Positions 1 through 11,616 of a stretch of 64,000 nucleotides of DNA are shown here, piece after piece (within the stretch, counting starts at the first letter, position 1; each line of letters opens with the position of its first letter). The DNA comes from Chrysomallon squamiferum. Taxonomy: Eukaryota > Animalia > Mollusca. The notes under the pieces were generated by a model, which made no database searches, was not told the DNA's origin, and worked only from the letters and a program-made list of their open reading frames with translations. Made by a program: the position numbers and the translations under genes. The stretch lies in the NCBI GenBank assembly GCA_012295275.1, contig CM022673.1, positions 16,430,001 through 16,494,000 of the forward strand. Reading direction: 5' to 3'.

Positions 1-1039
1 ATGGAATTAATGTTTCACACTGTGAACTTTTTCTTTTACTTTTTAAGAATTATAATACAAATGACAAATTACAGAATATAATTGCAAAAAAAAAGAGAAA
101 AATTCCATAAACATATCTAATGCCTATAAAATACCAAAAATAAATGTACCATTGTCTTGAATATACAAAAAATAAAATGACTACATAAATTATCTGTTCC
201 TTACACTTTCAACATACATGCACAATTATCAATTAACTTCTGCAAATACATTTGCAAAAATGAGAGTAACTAGAAAACTCAACAAGTAAAAATGTGTCTA
301 TTGTGGTCTAAAAACAGACTGAATACATTACAAATAGTTTCAAGCAACTGAGCACTGTATGAGTTACTATACTTATTCATAATAATTATTTTTTTTTTTT
401 TTTTTTTTTTTTTTAAACATTTTGTGGGAAATGATAATTGCAAAACAAAAAACAACAAAAAAAAACAACAAAAAATCCAGCTATCAGAACAAGGTTCTTA
501 TATTACTGTCATAATTTAATATCAGCAAAAATGTTCTAGTAACAAATACTGTACCTGAAAGAAAACATACTTGTATGTAGTCTGTCCATACCACCATAAG
601 TACACTTTCTTTCATTTAATATCCATAATGAAAATTGTCACAAGACAACATATAAAAGCATCTTCAGTGAAATATTTCAATAAAGAAATACATTTTATTT
701 TTTGTTTTCTTTTCCTGATAAAATAGCATTTTCATTTACTCTGACACTTTTTTAATGTCAGTTTTTGAAATATATTTAAATTTGTTTAAAGTTTCCAAAA
801 ATGGGGGTTATTCATATATATTTATATATATACACAGTAGAATCTACTTGACAGCATAGTTTATTAACTGTCTCAGTATTTTTTTTTCAATAAAAATGTA
901 TTTAATAAAAATGAGTTAATTTCATTTGAATGAATTTTAGTGTTTGGGACAATTTAAAAAAAATATGTTGGAGACAAAATTAGAACCTTGAAAATCTGTT
1001 TTATTTATGTTTATGTGAAATGATATACACATTCAGGCA

Positions 1040-1226
1040 TGTGCAAGTATATACATATATATATGTACATACAAACACATACAAATACACACACACACAT
1101 ACACTGTTACATACATATGTCTGTATACAAATATACAACATGAATGTATACAAACAGATATGCACACACGCATTCAAATAATACAAACACATACACACAG
1201 AGATTCATGTAACAGATATGCAAACA

Positions 1227-1270
<44 letters not shown>
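1040..1270. repeat. Degenerate (CA/TA) tract ending in a pure (CA)n microsatellite
   Basis: Pure CA run at ~1228-1270, preceded by an imperfect CA/TA-rich tract. Lies downstream of the FoxN stop. Confidence 0.9.
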
Positions 1271-1272
<2 letters not shown>

Positions 1273-1454
1273 TATGGACAACAGATGTATTTTTTCACAA
1301 CATAAATAAACCAGCACAGTTTAGCTCTTGTAAAAACAACGTGTGGCTAAGTGGACTCTACTGTGTTTGGTGAGTTTTACTTTTGGCCCCCGATGCTGTA
1401 AAGGGCACATAAAGTTGAGTACCAAGCGGATGTGTGATACTCCGACCGAGCCTG

Positions 1455-4400
1455 CTAGGACGTGATGGTACCTGATGACATCGTGTAAGGCACGGGGGAG
1501 CCTGACGACTGCATGAGAGGCGAGTTCAAGCTGACAGAGATGGAGGAAGTGGTGTTGTCAATTCCAAAATCGGACACAAGGTCCTCATCCCAGAGACCAT
1601 TCTAAATAAAAAAATAAAAATAAAAATAAAAAATAATAGTAATAATTCTTTTTCCTTTTTCAGTTATTAAAGTATTTTTTAATGGGACAGTAACAAAGGT
1701 TGCTTTTGTGATTAAAATTTATCGACTCCAAGATGTTTTTGTATATGATAAAATAACACTTAAAAGTAAATTAAAAATTAATTTTATTTATCATCTGTTG
1801 CATTCACTTGGCTAATTAATTAACATGAACATCGGTGTAAACTGTTTTGTGATTAATTTATATGCTCCCAAAATATTAAATACACACAGTGGCAGATTAA
1901 ATGTTTTATTAATATCTAATGATTTTACAAATAACCAGTGCCACAATTTTCTAAGCAAAACTGTACATAAAATACATAGCAAAATAATACTAGGTCATTT
2001 TCAATCAAAAATAAAATTTAAAAAATGATCTGAATGATTTTTTTTTAACATCTGTTTACCTGGACTGCAGTGTCTGCTAAAGAAGGGTCTAATGAAAAAC
2101 TGGAATCGAGAGATGACTGTTCAATCTTCGACTGCTGGTTCATAATAGTTACATAGTGAGTGTTTTGATTTGAGTCTCGGTGGACTTGTTTCTTCGGAGT
2201 TACAGGCAAAGTCTGCGGCTGAATGTTTGTTGATGTTTCAGTAAATTTTGATGCTGATTTTTTCTCTCTTGACCTCAGACCTGCTTCTCCTTTTTCTATA
2301 GCTTCCAGATTTTCTGTAATTTACATTTATCAACTTTATTATCATTATCATTATCATGTATTTCAAATGAAGTACAAAATTGTGTAACATGTTTATCATA
2401 TTACTATGTCCATGAAAGCAGATTATTTTAGTTTTATATTTTGAAATCTGCTTTAAAGGTGCCAAACCTCTGCATCAACAATTCATATTTTTTAATTATT
2501 AACAAAAATGAACAAATTCACCAAAAATAAACATTTTAAAAATATATATCTGACATCAATCAAAAACATTTGTCAGCAAATCCTGAATGCTTAAATATTA
2601 TAATTTTTTTTAGAACAATGTGTTTTTAATAAAAAAGGAAAAACAAAAAAAACAGTGTATTTTTAAGAAAAAAAAAGAAAAAGAAAAACACATCCACATC
2701 CACAAAAGGCTATACATTTTTAAAATCACTTATTAAAATATTACCTGGGAATGCCATGCTTTTAAGCAAAGCTGGGAGATCTTTCTTGCCCCATTTAGAA
2801 ATCTCCTCCTCCATCTTCACTACTTTGGCAGGATTAAGTCCCCATAGACAGCCTTTCTTAGCACTAGCACTCAGTTTAGGGTTGTCTACCTTGGCAAAGC
2901 ACTTGTTGAGTGAGAGATTGTGACGGACAGAATTCTGAATAAAAAAATAATAACAATCTATAATATAAATTATAAAAAATAATAATAATAATAATAAAAA
3001 AAATATAAACTTTAACTTTTCAAGATTAAATTTTCATTTCAGTACTGTTACACACAGTGAAACAATGGCATTTCATTTCAGAACTGACCACATATATGCA
3101 GTAACTCTGACAAATTCAAAGAACTGAATCAAAAAATTTAACAACTGTAATGTTGAATTAAATTTTAAATCAAAAGAAGACAAATTATTACAGAAATTGA
3201 AACACACACACACAGCCACACACTTACAAACAAGGGACATAACTCCAAAATATATATATATATATCTTATAACAGTTAATAATCTTTCAAACATGGCCAT
3301 ATACAGTGAAGCAGTTCAATATGTATGAGTTTATTCAATTTGTAGAACTGTGATTAGTTAAAACAAATGCATGGAGTTCTGCATGTCACTGATTGGTGTT
3401 AGGGTTGTAAGGGTTAAATGACTATGCAAATTTTTCCTTGCACTAGTAGTTTGTCCTGTCTTGCAAAGAATAATGATGTTAAGTTAAAGCATGAAAATTA
3501 TATTTACCTTCCAGCCATCAGGAGCTGTCTTGAAATAAGGAAAGTTTTCTCTGAAATAAAAAATAAAAATTACAAAGGTGACATAATTTTTAATAAAGAG
3601 AAAGAATAACTGTTTAATTTAGCTTCAGCATTTTAAAATAATAATGCTAGTAAAGTAAAACAAGGAAATTTTGAAATGTAAATGAAATAATATGTCACAT
3701 TACAAGGGAAATGGTAAATTTTTAACATGTTTAAGTGTAATAAAAATAAAGTATGTAAGAAAGCAAAAAAAATAATAATAATAAAATAAATAAATAAAAA
3801 ATAAAAACATAAATTATAAAAATATAGTAACTAAATAATTATAATATAAAAATATAAAATAAGATAAATTAATAAAATTAGTTAGACATATTGTTTATGA
3901 ATCTACATTTTTAAATTCATTTTTGAAACTATCATTATTGAAAATAAACTGATAAAGATTGCATTTTTTTATATACAGATTAACACAATAAAAGTAATTT
4001 TGTGAACAGATTAAATAACTGACTCAATCAGTTAACAAACTAATCCTAAGTAGTCTTAATGGAATAGTCACCTTCAGTGATACAATTTTATTATAGAACA
4101 TTCTAATTATCATCATATGTTTAAGTGTCTGTCTGAGTGTATTGTAAAAACAATCAGTCATTTTCTTAAATAGATTAAATATGCTGGAATTTGCAGTTAT
4201 CAACATCTTAGAAAAATAAATAATAAATAAAATATAAAATATAAGGATTAATACTTTACAGTACTATATACATATTGTGTAACATGAAAAACTAATGTAA
4301 AAATTTTATGAAAAATATTTCTACTCTTCTACTGTGACAAAGAAAGATTCATTTAGTATACACAAAGCAGAAACAATAGGAGTGAAAGGAATTAATGACA

Positions 4401-7400
4401 TCAAAACATTTTAATTGTGGAACATGTTCTTCAAAATATATCAGAGATGAAACATACCCTTCCACAATTTAATCTTAACAATTTGTAAGACATGAACAAA
4501 CTTTCAGCTGATATAGGACATTGTTTATTTTGTGATATTACCACCAATTAAACGGATTTAAAATAAATAAATAAAGTGAAAAAAGTAAAAACGAAAGAAA
4601 AAGAAAATAATTTAATGTTAAGCAGTCCTATAATCTAAATTCATATTCAATAAATCTTGCATTACTATCTGAAAAGTTGAAGTGTGGACAGTAATGTGCA
4701 CTGAAATAACTTGTATTACTTAAAACTTTTTTCTTCATAATGCACACTGACATGCTGTTATACATGTATAAAATTCAAACAAGTCAAGCTAGAATGGTGA
4801 ATTTTTAACTCAGTAATCTGAAAATTCAGTCAAAAAATAAAACTTAAAAAAAATTAAAGGTAGTGTTTTGAAAGAACTGTTATCTAAAGCTGTAAATATT
4901 TACATATTCACCCACTTTAAACATAATTCACATTTGTAAATTGTATGAAGTCATGAATGCTTCCTTTTTAAGTAATGTTATTTTGTAACCCAAATGGCTC
5001 TTCAAACAAATGTTAATAAAAACATTTACGGAAAAGATCTGTCCTCTATGCTGGATTTTAATTTATATTCACAGCAATCACAAATAGATTTATCAAATTT
5101 TTGTAAGTTATACAAAGTTGTTTTTTGTCAGTTTCTTTGGAAGTTTCGTGTAAAACACCTCTTGATATCAGCCCATGGAGATGCAGCAGTGGATTTCTTT
5201 TCATTATATAACAAATACAAGACTAATCCCAAATGAAAAAATTTATGTTGAGATGCTGTAAACCTTTGATTATATTGTTGTTTCTGAAAGAATCTAAAAA
5301 TCCTTTCATCTGTCAACAAAAATTAACAATTTTAAATCTTTAATTTATAACTACATATACATTTTCTTTATAATTGTTTTTATGACCGATATATTGAAAG
5401 TTTAAAATGCTAATAAAGTTTCCACTAATCAATACAGTTCATTTAACTGTTAAGAAATGTGTATCATGAGTGTTATAATATATGTTATAAATAATTTAAA
5501 ATCACCAGACATTTTTATTTAAACACACTTTTAATCAGTCTTGTTTTAGTGGAACTACTAAATATTATCTGGCCAGTAAATCAAATTATTAATTCTACTG
5601 ACTGTGCATAAATTTGTCATTAGTATTAAATTAACTTAATACATCGTAAATTACTATTTTTCAAAGTAGAAGTTTTCACACCAAAAAATATATATACTGG
5701 ATTTTTCTTTCTCAGTTATGAATATTTATATCAGAGAGATTGGGGGTATATGCTTCCATACATAATTACATAAAAAATACAGCCAACAAAAATAAAATTT
5801 TAAAACCATTGTTTTCTGGAACATAAGACTGCATTATAAAAAGAAATGTTTGGGTTTCTTAAAGAAAACATCAAAACACTGTAATTTATTTAAAGGTTAT
5901 TACTGATATTAAGTGTGTAAACTTCTTTCTTGTAAAATGACAAAAGTCACACAGAGCTTACTAATTAGCAGCCTCAAAGTTTTAATCTTCATATCAGTAA
6001 AAGCATTTTAGGTAAGAGAAAAACAAACAAACGTCTGACATTGTAGTTTGCATAGCTCATAAATGGAAACTTAAATGATTTGGCTTACGCAATATAAAGG
6101 ATCAGAGTTTGGGAGAAAATGTACCTGCACTAGACTACCTCTTTTTTATTACCAACAATGAATGTTTCATGTGGCTGTGACAGGAAAACATATCCTATGA
6201 TCTGTAATAAATGGACTTTTGACCCAAAATAGGTCACTGTGGACTCATGCTGCAGTCAGTCAAATATTGCACCTTTACAATTAAAATACATCTATCTGTA
6301 ATTACCTATATATCTGCAGACACACATCTTGTAAAAGGTTTATATATTTTTTGAAAGAACCATGCTCTAACAAAACAGATATATACTTTCATCTTTCTCA
6401 AAATATCTGTGTTTATATTCATAAATCAGCCTAACTGACTGACCTAGAATGCACAGTGACAAATGCAAAAACATCTCTTTCATTCTAGTGCACTGATTTC
6501 TCGTAATGTTTTCCCCTGGTGGTGAGATAGCACTTGGTCAGTTAATTCTAGGCATCTACTTATATCTTAATATCTGTCATTTTAGATACATCATACTAAC
6601 TGTGAAAGAATCAATGATACCAAATCACTGCATTTAATAGGTCCTTTTATATTTGCATTTTCCAACTGAGAGGGCAGCACATTCCAGTTACTTTAGAATC
6701 ACACAGATTCAACTGATAAAGCATAAAAAATATTGGATTTATTACCAGTGATATTTTAGTGGTTTTTTTTGTTGTTGTTGTTGTTGTTGTTGTTGTTTTG
6801 GTTTTTTAAAACAGATTATAAAAGGCTATATTACATTGACAGAATATTACTTACGTCATAAAACTATAAATCTCGCTAACTGGCAGATTTCCACTTTCGC
6901 TGTTTTTCAAAGCAAGAGCTATAAGACAACTGTATGAAAATACTGGTTTAGGAAACACTTTTTCTTGTTGAACTTCTGTCTGGGTTGAAGGCACATAATT
7001 TTTGGGAGTCATTTGCGGTCCATTTTGCAGATGACCAACTAACACAGGTGAAGAGAGAGAAGGCGATAAAACATTTTTTGTTCCTGAATGAGCAGGTAGC
7101 GATACACGTGTAACATTGTAAATTGCTTCCATTTCGTCGTTGTTGTTGGAATTAAGACTTGCCAATGACTGGACGGCACTCTGTACCTGTGAAGTTGTAA
7201 CATTGTTCACTGTAAGTGTTACATTGTTACAAGTGTCTGTTAACATGGCATCGCGCACCTGCTGGCTTGACGTTTGCTGGAGGTGGATAGGAATGACAGT
7301 TCGGGGATTCACTAATAAATTAGGGTCTGTGTTTTCCGTCTCGTGAACCGTTTGGTGCAGTTGATCCATGGCTGCATTTTGAAGCCATTCTAAATCATCC

Positions 7401-7594
7401 ATTCCAGTGGTATTCTCAGGTAACATGTCAAAATCTGAAAGGCCAGGATTTGAATCCATTTTCAAATCAGCTTCGTGCCTGTCAGAATCTGAATGTAGAA
7501 CGAATAAATTATCCATTTCGTGTCTCTCGTCGCATGTTATCATGTCCATAATGGACATGGGATCGCCATCTCCGTGATTATAGAAATTATCCAT
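1455..7594 (-). CDS. FoxN1/4: Forkhead box N1/N4-like transcription factor, 5 coding exons, ~457 aa
   Basis: Exons 7594-6855, 3550-3508, 2934-2745, 2313-2060, 1601-1455. All introns are GT-AG and phase-consistent. The spliced protein reads [64 protein letters not shown]...[37 protein letters not shown], a forkhead domain plus the FoxN1/4-type C-terminal extension. The C-terminal end is less certain (see findings). Confidence 0.95.
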
Positions 7595-7707
7595 TTTAAA
7601 ATTGAAAGGACTCCGGCTGTGTAGAGTTTCCGATCAAAAACAAATCCACGAGTGTGCCAATTTGTCTTAAATGTTAGCTGCTATTTCTCCTTTAATTTCC
7701 ATGCATG

Positions 7708-7968
7708 TGACGTCAAACGTTGTTTCTGACTTTAAAACTGTACGTACATTGTGTTGTCTACTCCGTTCTACAACGATACATACTTTTTCAGTCAGGAAAT
7801 TCGCAAAATAACAACACTGAAATGTCTATATGAAGTTCCCATGTAGTACAAATGTAGTAAAATTCTGTTGGTCAATAAGGCTGAACAAAGAAAGGTAATA
7901 CGTTCAAAATGGACAATTATCATTGGCTCGCTGAAGTCATGGGGTTTTGAAAACTTTGTTGTGATTGG
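7708..7968 (-). promoter_or_regulatory. Candidate FoxN proximal promoter elements (CRE palindrome and two CCAAT boxes)
   Basis: Perfect TGACGTCA at 7708-7715. ATTGG (CCAAT on the gene strand) at 7922-7926 and 7964-7968. These sit in a locally GC/CpG-enriched stretch 110-370 bp upstream of the ATG. Motif match only. Confidence 0.4.
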
Positions 7969-8529
7969 CTGTTGCCACAGGGACCTGTCATAACATGTCT
8001 GAGCGAAGTTAGTGGAGCAGGTGCCCGTTCTTGTTAATTTCAAAGTGTTTCTTTTTGATGTGCATTTCTTTATCCTTTATTAATAAAACTACTATGCGAC
8101 CACATGTTCAACTGAACTTTTCACAATAAGGGATATTTCAAAATTATAAATGTCCTGCCCAAACAGGACCTTTTAAGAATATTACTATAGACTAGTATTC
8201 TGTATTTTTTATTTTTAGATTGCCTTACGCTTTCTTAATGGTTTATTTCAAATATTAATTTGAGAACATTTTGTAAACCCGAAATGACTCATACTAATCA
8301 TTTTTATTTATTTATTAATAATTTTTTTTTTTTTTCAAATATCGGTGGGACTGGTTAAAAATAAATTACTTTATTATTTTACAAAATTATTTAATAATAA
8401 TAAATATTAATCTAGAAATTATTATTTTGTTAAATTTAAAAAAATTATATAATAAAATATTTTTTTTAATATCATATACTGAAAGAACAAAATATGAAAT
8501 TGATGCAAAATCTAAGAAAATACATTTGC

Positions 8530-8564
<35 letters not shown>

Positions 8565-8924
8565 TTTAGAACACAACTTATTAATAGAGATTATAATCCT
8601 GACATTAAATATATTAAAGTTAAAAGATATGTTTGCAATTTCACATTTAGTCACCTTTTTATTAAATGTACATGAGCCAAACATAACTTTGAAAGCAGCT
8701 TTGAAGTTTTTAGTGCTTATTTGGAATATAAATTTCTTGTTGTTTTAATTATGAATAATTACAACAAAAATAACATTAAGTGCAGTGTTGTTGCCCAGCA
8801 GTCTGTTTCATAATATGATTCATCCACATATGATAAAATTATTTAAATTCTGTTGGTTAAGCTTACTTTGTTTCTTTTATGTATGCTAAATTGAACACAA
8901 CAAAGTACATTTATTCAGAGGAAG

Positions 8925-9510
8925 TGTAGTTATTAAGGTGCTCCAATCTTTTTTTGTTAGGAAAGGAAAATACTTTTTCAGGATGTGAACCATTTATCAA
9001 TAAATATTATTAACTGAAAGCATCCGAAATCTTACAATTTTTTTGTTATTTCTGAAACACTTTTGCAAAATTATTGAAATGTGTATAATTTTACATCAAA
9101 TATGAAATCTATGAAGTATCTAAAAAAAAAAAAAAAAATGGATGTATTAAAATAATTATTTCAGTTAAAACATTACTGTATCCAGGCTTTGGGGCAAATA
9201 CATTTGTATTTGAATATTTTCACAATACATCCTGAAGTACATTAAAATATGTTTCTTAAAATTATTTCATGTTTTGATCTGAATATTTTGTTGATGTGAA
9301 AGGCAATCTGATCAATGAATTGCACTCACAGAACTGTGAGGGAATTGTTTTCTGTGATCATAATGACTTGCAATTAGTGATCTCTTTGATGTGATAATGC
9401 TTACCAGCACTGTCTGCTCCACTGGAGAAAATATTCAGCCTAAATAACAAGATAGATGTCATCTGACTGATGAGAATTTGGAAAATCTTTTCTTTTTCAG
9501 GAATAATCAA
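8925..9510 (+). mobile_element. Decayed hAT-superfamily transposase relic (frameshifted)
   Basis: Fragments in different frames but in the correct order: VIKVLQSF (~8929-8952), TLLYPGFG (9170-9193, cf. TLLDPRF), LPALSAPLEKIFS (9401-9439, cf. IPATSAPVERVFS) and RCHLTDENLENLFFFRNN (9454-9507, cf. the end of the hAT dimerisation domain). Confidence 0.7.
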
Positions 9511-11616
9511 CAAAATTCATTAGCTGATGTGACACATGCAGTAAGTATCAGAATAAAAAGCAAAGGAAAAAACAATGAATATTGAGTTGCTTCCAAATGT
9601 ATTATTTAATAAAATACATTTTAATGCATTTAAACACATTCATGGTAATATCACCAAAAATGCTTCAGAAAATATTTGCAAGACAATTATTGTCTTCATC
9701 CTTTCCAGTATAAAAAGATGATAAAAATCTATTTTGTGGTACTTTCAAGCAATGGTTTTATTTACAACTTGACACCAACCTTTTACAATAGTATTATAAT
9801 AAACATTAATTCTGCCCTACTTTATGAAGAATAAATTTAGTGACTGTATACCTATTTTATTTACATTTGGTTTGGGGGTAAATCCAAGAGAAAGCCAGCT
9901 AGGTTGCACAAATGATTGTTCTGATTTAAAACAAAAACAAAAAAAAAATGAACAACACAATAACCCAAATCTAAACACAAGCATATTATTATTATTGTAA
10001 ATAACAATATACAAAATAATAATAATTCATAGTGAAGTTATATATATAGTTTATTGCATCTGAGTGGTTTGAAATATTAACATACTAAAAATCAGAAAAC
10101 ATGATTATTAAAAAAAATAAAAAATAAATAATATAAGGAAGAAAAGAAAAATATTAATATAAAATTTTCAGTGTAAAATAAATGAAATAATTTATTATTT
10201 AACAAAAATTTAAGTTTATTTATAATCTATTTCTATTTCAATAGTTAAAAAATTGCAGCCAAAATATTTTTTACATCATTATATAAAATGAAATGTCAAG
10301 CAACAATGTCTATAGAGCAGGCATTTTCTGATAATAGCTTTGATGGCTGTTTAATACCTGTTTGACTTTTTTCTGTTTTTGATGAGAAGGAAAACATTAA
10401 TGCCTTTACAGATTGAAACAGTAATATACAACTCAGCAGGCTGCTAAAATAACACTTTTATCACAAATAGTTATTTTCTTGAAAACTTTTGAAATGAAAA
10501 ATATTCTGTAACACAACAACTGAAGATAACTGAAGTATAAAAATTCTCATATACATGTATGTACATACAAGAGTATTTATATAAAAAAAATACTTAAATA
10601 TGAACAAAGTGACAATGTAACATTTTTGAAAAGACATACAAATATTCCAAGTTCATTAATGATTTTCAAATAAGAAGTAAATACTACAATTTCATTATCT
10701 AAACTGAAATTATAAATAATTTCAAAAAAATGTTTTGTTTAACTATCATTGAAAGATACAGTTTTATCCTGGGATAATCAAAGAATTCTTAGTTTAAGGA
10801 AAATATCTTATAAGAATGGAGTTACAGCTAGTTTCAATATCTTTAACTGACAAATGATGCATATCTCTGCAGAAGTTGATACCAGTACTTAGTTTCATTT
10901 TGTAAATCTAAATTTTAACTCTGTAAGGAGTCTGTAAACTTAACTGCTTAACAGAAATAATGTATATTCATAAACATGCAGTGAAAAGAGAAAACTTGAA
11001 TTCCTTCATTACATCACATTTATCAAAAACTAGAACCTTTTTATGGGGCAATGCTTATTAAAAAAAAACCTACGTGCTGCTTATTCATTTTACTGATAAT
11101 ACATTTTCAGTGCTAATAGGTTTCCCAATTTTAATGTCAATATTTAAAGAAAGAAAGAAAGAAAAAATATTTGAAAATCATTAATCAAGTGTGATCATTT
11201 AAGTACCTGGATAGCCTTCATTAAAGCAAAGTAGGATTTAATAATATGTCACCTAAAACACAATATTAACTGTTTTCCTAAAAGTTTCACAAAAATAAAT
11301 AATGCAACATTATCTTCTGAAAATTAAGTTTCACAAATTTAATGACCTGTTAAAATCTTATTTATTAAGAAATACTTTTAATATCAGTTAAGCAATCTAT
11401 TCATGAATATTGAAATTATTGGATTTGGAAATTATCAATAAATTACTGATCACTAAATCTTTTTAAATATGAAAATATGCCAAACATTTAAAAATGTTAA
11501 CAAGTACTGTTACTTTATTTTTCTTTCTTTGTTTTACATCACATATTGTGTTAACTATATGAAAAGAAAGAGTAAGTACAAAATGTTTCTTAGTGAAAAG
11601 AATAGTCACATAACAT

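Noticed and set aside
1001-1298. Cys/Val-rich short ORFs (likewise the poly-Leu/Ile ORFs at 37200-37529 and 54949-55245)
   Set aside because: They are translations of microsatellites.
2453-2470. TTAAAGGTGC, resembling the end of a TTAA-flanked MITE (also at 16708; similar at 19413)
   Set aside because: No matching inverted partner end at a plausible distance.
4994-5319. Overlapping short ORFs in FoxN intron 1
   Set aside because: No recognisable motif and no splice signals fitting the FoxN frame, which is complete without them.
6160-6680. Enhancer-like motifs in FoxN intron 1 (TGACCC-n5-AGGTCA, partial CTCF-like CCACCAGGGG and GAGGGCAGCA)
   Set aside because: Short or imperfect matches of the kind expected by chance. 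They cannot be supported without conservation data.
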